Assembly: GCA_963664305.2 (NCBI GenBank)
Contig: CAXXLV010000001.1
Span: 768,001-832,000, forward strand
Direction of reading: 5' to 3'
Length of the DNA: 64,000 nt
Source: an uncultured Aliarcobacter sp.
GTDB taxonomy: Bacteria; Campylobacterota; Campylobacteria; Campylobacterales; Arcobacteraceae
Position numbers and translations under genes: made by a program. Shown piece after piece: positions 58,717 through 64,000 of this stretch. Position 1 is the first letter of the stretch, and the number at the start of each line of letters is the position of its first letter. The notes below the pieces were generated by a model. The model made no database searches and was not told where the DNA came from. It was given only the letters and a program-made list of their open reading frames with translations.

Positions 58717-59907
58717 TTAATCCTCTTTTTTATTTTTAATTTTATCTAACCAATCATTTAAAGTTTTTTCAAAACCTATATTTGAATTGTTATATAAATT
58801 TAGATTTTCTTTTAAATATTCTTGTTCAACATATCCACCAAAATCATGGGGGTATAAATAGCCTATATGTTGTGAATCAAGATGTTTTGGTATATCAAGT
58901 ATCTTTCCATCTTTTATTTGTTGTAGGGCTTTATTTACAGCTTTATATGCACTATTTGATTTAGGACTTGATGCAAGATATATAACACACTGAGAAAGAA
59001 TGATTCTTGACTCTGGATAACCAATTTTATTACATGCAATCATAGTATTAACTGCAAGATTTAGAGCATTTGGATTTGCATTTCCTATATCTTCACTTGC
59101 AAAGATTACTAATCTTCTTGTAATAAAATCTACACTTTCTCCACCATTTATTAATCTACTCATATAATATAAAGCTGCATCAATATTTGTACCTCTTAAT
59201 GACTTAATCATAGCACTTGCTAAATCATAATGAGTATCAGAAGATGAAACTCCATCCCCTATTACATTTTCCCTTAACTCTTTTAATAAAGTTAAGTCTA
59301 TATCTTTTGATACTTTATATGCAAAATTTAGAAGTGTAAGCATAGCTCTTGCATCACCAGAACTAGATGTTATCAAATACTCTTTTGCTTCATTTGTAAG
59401 AGTTATATCAATATCTTTTAAAGCAATATAAAGAATCTTATTCATTTCTTCTTTTGTAAAAGCTTTAAATTCATAAAGAAAAGCTCTTGAACGAATTGCA
59501 GATGTTAGTGTAAAAAAAGGATTTTCTGTACTTGCTCCAATAATAATTGCATCATAATTTTCCATTATAGGGAGTAAAACTTCTTGTTGATTTTTTGATA
59601 ATCTATGTACTTCATCAATAAAAATAAGAGGTTTAATTAAACTTCCTTTATATTTATCAAATATTTTTCGCAAATCTTCTACTTTGATACTTGTTGCATT
59701 AAAATAGTAATAATCTGTATTTATTTCACGAGCTATTATTTTGGCTAAAGTAGTTTTTCCAGTTCCTGGTTTTCCATAAAAAAATAGATGAGGAATCTCT
59801 TTTTGTTTGATTAGTTTATATAGTGCTTTTTCTTTGCCAATAATGTGAGATTGACCAACAAATGTATCTAAACTTGTTGGTCTTAATTTATTAGATAGAT
59901 CTATCAT
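58717..59907 (-). CDS. rarA: replication-associated recombination protein A (MgsA/RarA)
   Basis: LRP....FVGQ.H, GKPGTGKTT, IDEVHR, ASTENP, HYDLASAMIKSLRG, ASEDIGNA. Confidence 0.93.
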   Translation of the reverse strand: MIDLSNKLRPTSLDTFVGQSHIIGKEKALYKLIKQKEIPHLFFYGKPGTGKTTLAKIIAREINTDYYYFNATSIKVEDLRKIFDKYKGSLIKPLIFIDEVHRLSKNQQEVLLPIMENYDAIIIGASTENPFFTLTSAIRSRAFLYEFKAFTKEEMNKILYIALKDIDITLTNEAKEYLITSSSGDARAMLTLLNFAYKVSKDIDLTLLKELRENVIGDGVSSSDTHYDLASAMIKSLRGTNIDAALYYMSRLINGGESVDFITRRLVIFASEDIGNANPNALNLAVNTMIACNKIGYPESRIILSQCVIYLASSPKSNSAYKAVNKALQQIKDGKILDIPKHLDSQHIGYLYPHDFGGYVEQEYLKENLNLYNNSNIGFEKTLNDWLDKIKNKKED

Positions 59908-60718
59908 CTTCATTCATAAAGATTCTTAGATTTTTGTACTCTTCTTTTGTTAAAAATCTTGATTTTCCAGTTGGTAGATTATTTAAAGAGATTCCACCAT
60001 ACTCTAATCTTTTTAAATCAAGTACATCAAGACCAAAGTGAGCGAAAAATCTTCTTAATTCTCTATTTTTCCCCTCAGAAATCACAACTTTAATTTTAGA
60101 GTATTTTTCTCCATTAGTTTGAATATCATAAGCTAAAAAAGGTGCAAAAGACATAGATTTTATTTTACTATTTTTATGTGCACCTGTTCTTGCATCTTCA
60201 ATTGTAATTCCATTTTGCATAGCTTCTTCAACTGATTTAGATATTACACCATTAACTTTGATTTTATAAACTCTTTCTAAATCAGAGTGCATTAAAGCAT
60301 CAACAACTTCAACATTATCAGATAATAGTAATAATCCTTCACTTGCGTAGTCAAGTCTTCCTACACTTAAAAAATGTTTATATTTTTTTTCAAGTGAATC
60401 ATAGATTGTTTTTCTTCCTTGAGGGTCTTTTTTTGAAACTATTTCACCCTTTGGTTTGTTATAAACAATCACAGTATAAATTTTATTTTTATCTTCTTTG
60501 ATATTCTTTTTACCAATCTGTACTTCATCTTTTGATGAAACTTTTGTTGCAAGATTAGTAACAACTTTACCATTTATTTTTACTCTACCCTCTTCTATAA
60601 GCTTGTCAGCTTCTCTTCTTGAGTAGTTACTGTTATGTGATAAAAATTTATTTAATCTAACTAATTCCTCTTTTATTTCTTCTTTTTTATTTTTAGAAGA
60701 TGTTTCGTTTTTTTTCAT
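59891..60718 (-). CDS. rluB: RluB/RsuA-family pseudouridine synthase
   Basis: S4 domain RLNKFL..SRREAD, VGRLDYASEGLLLL, EGKNRELRR. Confidence 0.85.
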   Translation of the reverse strand: MKKNETSSKNKKEEIKEELVRLNKFLSHNSNYSRREADKLIEEGRVKINGKVVTNLATKVSSKDEVQIGKKNIKEDKNKIYTVIVYNKPKGEIVSKKDPQGRKTIYDSLEKKYKHFLSVGRLDYASEGLLLLSDNVEVVDALMHSDLERVYKIKVNGVISKSVEEAMQNGITIEDARTGAHKNSKIKSMSFAPFLAYDIQTNGEKYSKIKVVISEGKNRELRRFFAHFGLDVLDLKRLEYGGISLNNLPTGKSRFLTKEEYKNLRIFMNEDDRSI

Positions 60719-61680
60719 TATTTTATTCCAGCTTCAATTAAATCGTGAATATGTAAAACTCCAACTAATTTATCATTCTCATCAGTAACAATTAATAGTT
60801 GTATCTTATAATTTTCTATTACTTGTAAAGCATCACTAGCTAAAAGTTCTTTATTTTTTAAAGTTTTTGGATTTAATGTTGCAATTTCTTCAACTTTACA
60901 TTCTAAAGAGAATTTCTCATTCATTAATGCTCTTCTTAAATCTCCATCACTTAACAGTCCAAATACTTTGTTGTCTTTATCTGTAATTATAACGCTACCA
61001 AGTCTTCCTTCACTCATTATTAAAATAGCGTCTTTAAGTCGAGTTTCACGTGAAACGACAGGAAGATTCTCTTTTCTTAGTAAGTCATCAACTTTAATAA
61101 ACAGTTTTTTACCTAAACTTCCACCTGGATGGAATGAAGCAAAATCTTCTTTTTTAAAATCTCTTTTTTTCATCAAACAAACTGCTAGTGCATCACCCAT
61201 AGCCATTGTTAAAGTAGTAGATGATGTTGGTGCAGTATCAAGAGGACAAGCCTCTTTCTCAACATAAATATTGATAAATACATCTGAATATTTAGCTAAT
61301 GTAGAGTTTTCACTTCTTGCCATACCAATAAGAGGAATGTTTAATCTTTTTAAATGAGGTAAAATTTGTACTAATTCTTCACTTTCGCCACTATATGAAA
61401 TACCAAGAACAATATCATCTTTACCAATCATTCCTAAATCGCCATGCATAGCTTCTGTAGGATGTAAAAAGAATGAGCTAGTTCCTGTACTTGCTAATGT
61501 TGCAGCAATTTTAGTACCTACAAGTCCAGATTTACCAACACCAGAAATGATTAATTTCCCTTTGCAATTGATGATTAAATCAATTGCTTTTTCAATATCA
61601 AAAGATATGTTTTGTGCAGCTCTTTCTAATTCATTTGCTTCAGTTAATAAAACATCCCTAACAATTTGTTTGAAATCCAT
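60718..61680 (-). CDS. kdsD: KpsF/GutQ arabinose-5-phosphate isomerase
   Basis: GVGKSG, HPTEAMHGDLG, EACPLDTAPTSST, FHPGGSLG, CBS pair. Confidence 0.92.
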   Translation of the reverse strand: MDFKQIVRDVLLTEANELERAAQNISFDIEKAIDLIINCKGKLIISGVGKSGLVGTKIAATLASTGTSSFFLHPTEAMHGDLGMIGKDDIVLGISYSGESEELVQILPHLKRLNIPLIGMARSENSTLAKYSDVFINIYVEKEACPLDTAPTSSTTLTMAMGDALAVCLMKKRDFKKEDFASFHPGGSLGKKLFIKVDDLLRKENLPVVSRETRLKDAILIMSEGRLGSVIITDKDNKVFGLLSDGDLRRALMNEKFSLECKVEEIATLNPKTLKNKELLASDALQVIENYKIQLLIVTDENDKLVGVLHIHDLIEAGIK

Positions 61681-61691
61681 ATAACTATTCC

Positions 61692-63614
61692 TTATTGTAC
61701 AAATATAGTTGGTACTATCATTGGGTATTTTTTATATTTTCTTGTACAGTGTTTTCTTACAACTTTTCTTAATTCATCTTCTAAAATTTTATTATTCTTT
61801 AGAATACCTGGTTTTACATTTTCTAAGAATACAGATAATAAGTCTTCAATCTCTTTTGCAAAGTATTTATCTTGTTTGTCTGGAACTAATCCAAATGAAG
61901 TAACTTTAGGTCTTTGAGCAAGAGTTCTATCACTTTCATTGATTTGTGCAACAATCATAACAATACCTTCTTTAGCCATTGTTTGTCTATCTAAAATTAC
62001 ATCATCAGAGATTTTGTTGTTTAATTGGTTGTCAATATAAACTTTTCCTGATTTTACTGCTCTAACTTTCTTTAAATATTTTGGTGTAACTTCAATTTGT
62101 TCACCATCACTCATGATATAAACATTTCTTTCTAATACACCACAATCAATTCCTGTTTGACCATGTTTTAATGCATGATTATACTCTCCATGAACTGGTA
62201 AAAAGAATTTAGGTTTAACAAGTCTTAACATAAGTTTTTGTTCTTCTTGCGCAGCATGTCCAGAAACATGAATATCTGGATAATCTTGGTATGCAACTTT
62301 TGCACCTGCTTTTAAAAGGTGATTAATAATTTCAGAAACACTTGCTTCATTTCCAGGAATTGCTTTTGAAGATAAAATAATTTGATCATCAGGTTTTATT
62401 TTAATATGTCTATGTTCATGAATAGCCATTCTATAAAGAGCTGACATTGATTCACCTTGAGAACCAGTTGTAACAATTAAAACTTCTTTATCATTATATT
62501 TATTTACTTCATGCGCTTCAATAAATTGGTCTTTAGGGAATTTAATATAACCTAAATTCATAGCTATTTCTAAATTTTTTTCCATAGATCTACCAATAAC
62601 ACAGATTTTTCTGTTGTATTGTAAAGCTTTCTCGATAGCTTGAGCAACTCTATGAATATTTGAAGAGAAAGTTGACATTACAACTCTTCCTTTTGCCGTA
62701 GAGAAAATTCTATCAAACGTTGGTCCAACAGTTTTTTCTGTTCTTGTAAATCCAGGAGCATGTGAATTTGTTGAATCAGAAGTTAAAACTAAAACACCCT
62801 CTTCTCCATAATGTGCAAGTCTATGTAAATCTGTAGGGAAACCATCAATTGGTGTGTGGTCAATTTTAAAGTCACCTGTATGAATCATTGTTCCTGCTTC
62901 AGTTTTTATTGCAACTGCAGATGAATCAATAATTGAGTGAGTGATATGCATCCATTCTACTTCGAATTCACCAATTTTAATAGGAGTTCTTTTTTGAATA
63001 GCTCTAAAATATCCTCTATGTTCTCTCATTTTATGTTCATCAAATTTTGAACCAATCATTTCAAGTGGTAAAGAAGTACCATAAACTGGGAATTGCATCT
63101 CTTTAAATAGATATGGCATAGCACCTATGTGATCTTCATGACCATGTGTGATAATAACTGCAACAATTTTATCTTTGATTTCTCTAATATAAGTAAAATC
63201 AGGAATTAAAATATCAACACCATGCATTTCACCATCAGGAAAACTCATACCAACATCAATAATTAATGCTTGATTTTCAGTTTCAACAACCATCATGTTT
63301 CCACCGATTTCACCAAGACCACCAAGTGGAGTAATTCTAAGTTTAGCAGTTGTATTTAGATTTAGTTTATAGTGCGGATTTAATCTATCTCTATGAATTT
63401 TTTCATTGATTATATATGCTTTTTTTAAATCAGTAACCCAACCCTCTCCTCTATTTTGAGCAGGTTGTGCATCTTTAGCAACTTTTGGTTTAGGTTTTCT
63501 TTTTTTAAATGGAGGTTTCTTTCCCTCAACTGTTTCAACTGAATTTGTGTTTGTTTCTACAGTAGTTTCTTGCGAACTAGTTGTAGTTTGTTCTTCTTTG
63601 TTAATTTCTTCCAT
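61692..63614 (-). CDS. rnj: ribonuclease J
   Basis: PLGGLGEIGGN, THGHEDHIG, HTGDFK, DSTN, HVSGH, PVHGE; N-terminal extension. Confidence 0.95.
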   Translation of the reverse strand: MEEINKEEQTTTSSQETTVETNTNSVETVEGKKPPFKKRKPKPKVAKDAQPAQNRGEGWVTDLKKAYIINEKIHRDRLNPHYKLNLNTTAKLRITPLGGLGEIGGNMMVVETENQALIIDVGMSFPDGEMHGVDILIPDFTYIREIKDKIVAVIITHGHEDHIGAMPYLFKEMQFPVYGTSLPLEMIGSKFDEHKMREHRGYFRAIQKRTPIKIGEFEVEWMHITHSIIDSSAVAIKTEAGTMIHTGDFKIDHTPIDGFPTDLHRLAHYGEEGVLVLTSDSTNSHAPGFTRTEKTVGPTFDRIFSTAKGRVVMSTFSSNIHRVAQAIEKALQYNRKICVIGRSMEKNLEIAMNLGYIKFPKDQFIEAHEVNKYNDKEVLIVTTGSQGESMSALYRMAIHEHRHIKIKPDDQIILSSKAIPGNEASVSEIINHLLKAGAKVAYQDYPDIHVSGHAAQEEQKLMLRLVKPKFFLPVHGEYNHALKHGQTGIDCGVLERNVYIMSDGEQIEVTPKYLKKVRAVKSGKVYIDNQLNNKISDDVILDRQTMAKEGIVMIVAQINESDRTLAQRPKVTSFGLVPDKQDKYFAKEIEDLLSVFLENVKPGILKNNKILEDELRKVVRKHCTRKYKKYPMIVPTIFVQ

Positions 63615-64000
63615 TCTTTACCTTTGTATACATTTGGCTATACAAAGATGAACTTACTTCATGAGGTCTAACATTATCATCTACATTTAATTCTTTATAA
63701 ATTTCAGATATAGACTCTTTAGTTAAAAGTGATGTAAGATTTTTTGAAAGTTTTTTTCTTGGCTGAATAAAACAGGCCTTAAGAAACTTATTAAAATCTT
63801 TATCGAAACTTTTAGACATATCTTTTTTTATATAAAGAATTGAAGATATTACTTTTGGTGGAGGATCAAATGATTCAGGTGGAACATCAAAAAGTATTTT
63901 AGAATCAATAGAAATTAATTCTGTAATAATACCTAACGATGAATATTCCTTATCATTTACAGATGCAGTAAATTTTTCTGCAACCTCTTTTTGTACCATA
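63601..64000 (-). CDS. rsmA: 16S rRNA m6,2A dimethyltransferase (5' end truncated by window edge)
   Basis: MVQKEVA, F.PPPKV.S and F.QPRK.L C-terminal motifs; directly upstream of rnj. Confidence 0.88.
   Translation of the reverse strand, partial: MVQKEVAEKFTASVNDKEYSSLGIITELISIDSKILFDVPPESFDPPPKVISSILYIKKDMSKSFDKDFNKFLKACFIQPRKKLSKNLTSLLTKESISEIYKELNVDDNVRPHEVSSSLYSQMYTKVKNGRN

Noticed and set aside
693..61917. Many short ORFs in the track overlapping real genes (e.g. 1514-1714, 6698-7015, 33759-34148, 41468-41776, 60968-61267)
   Set aside because: Antisense or alternate-frame shadows without SD or recognisable motifs

Overview
A very AT-rich chromosomal window, most likely from an Arcobacter-like Campylobacterota (inferred from gene content, the Campylobacterota-type NrdA/PiT inserts and AAGGAG/TATAAT-type signals). 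Left to right it holds: (1) an accessory nitrogen-fixation cluster without nifHDK, comprising nifB, nifV, a CCE_0567/Rop-like gene, a BFD-like [2Fe-2S] gene, nifQ, a GNAT-like gene and a 13-repeat LRR protein, with three sigma-54 (GG-N10-GC) promoters, followed by a split PAS + soluble MCP taxis pair; (2) housekeeping genes rluA-like, purB and nrdAB, then a nested-hairpin REP/MITE-like element and an orphan gene; (3) a short hcp with a perfect Crp/Fnr box, a stand-alone GltD-like oxidoreductase, and a BON-OmpA + TM-HhH pair resembling mycobacterial ArfA/ArfC; (4) gpsA, gatB and a surA-like gene; (5) a ~12 kb lactate locus (lutABC, a two-component system, TRAP dctPQM, an unannotated 39-aa ORF and an Fe-S D-lactate dehydrogenase) with a shared direct-repeat promoter motif; (6) accBC, a DEAD-box helicase with a long structured leader, PiT, an AEC transporter apparently starting at ATC, asnB, bluB and a second dctP; (7) an anchorless SdhA/FrdA-SdhB/FrdB pair lacking the flavinylation His, led by an orphan Phd/YefM-like gene; (8) the rsmA-rnj-kdsD-rluB-rarA-hemJ-phoH run. 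No rRNA, tRNA, CRISPR array, transposase or integrase was recognised. All calls come from motif recognition by eye; no database searches were run.
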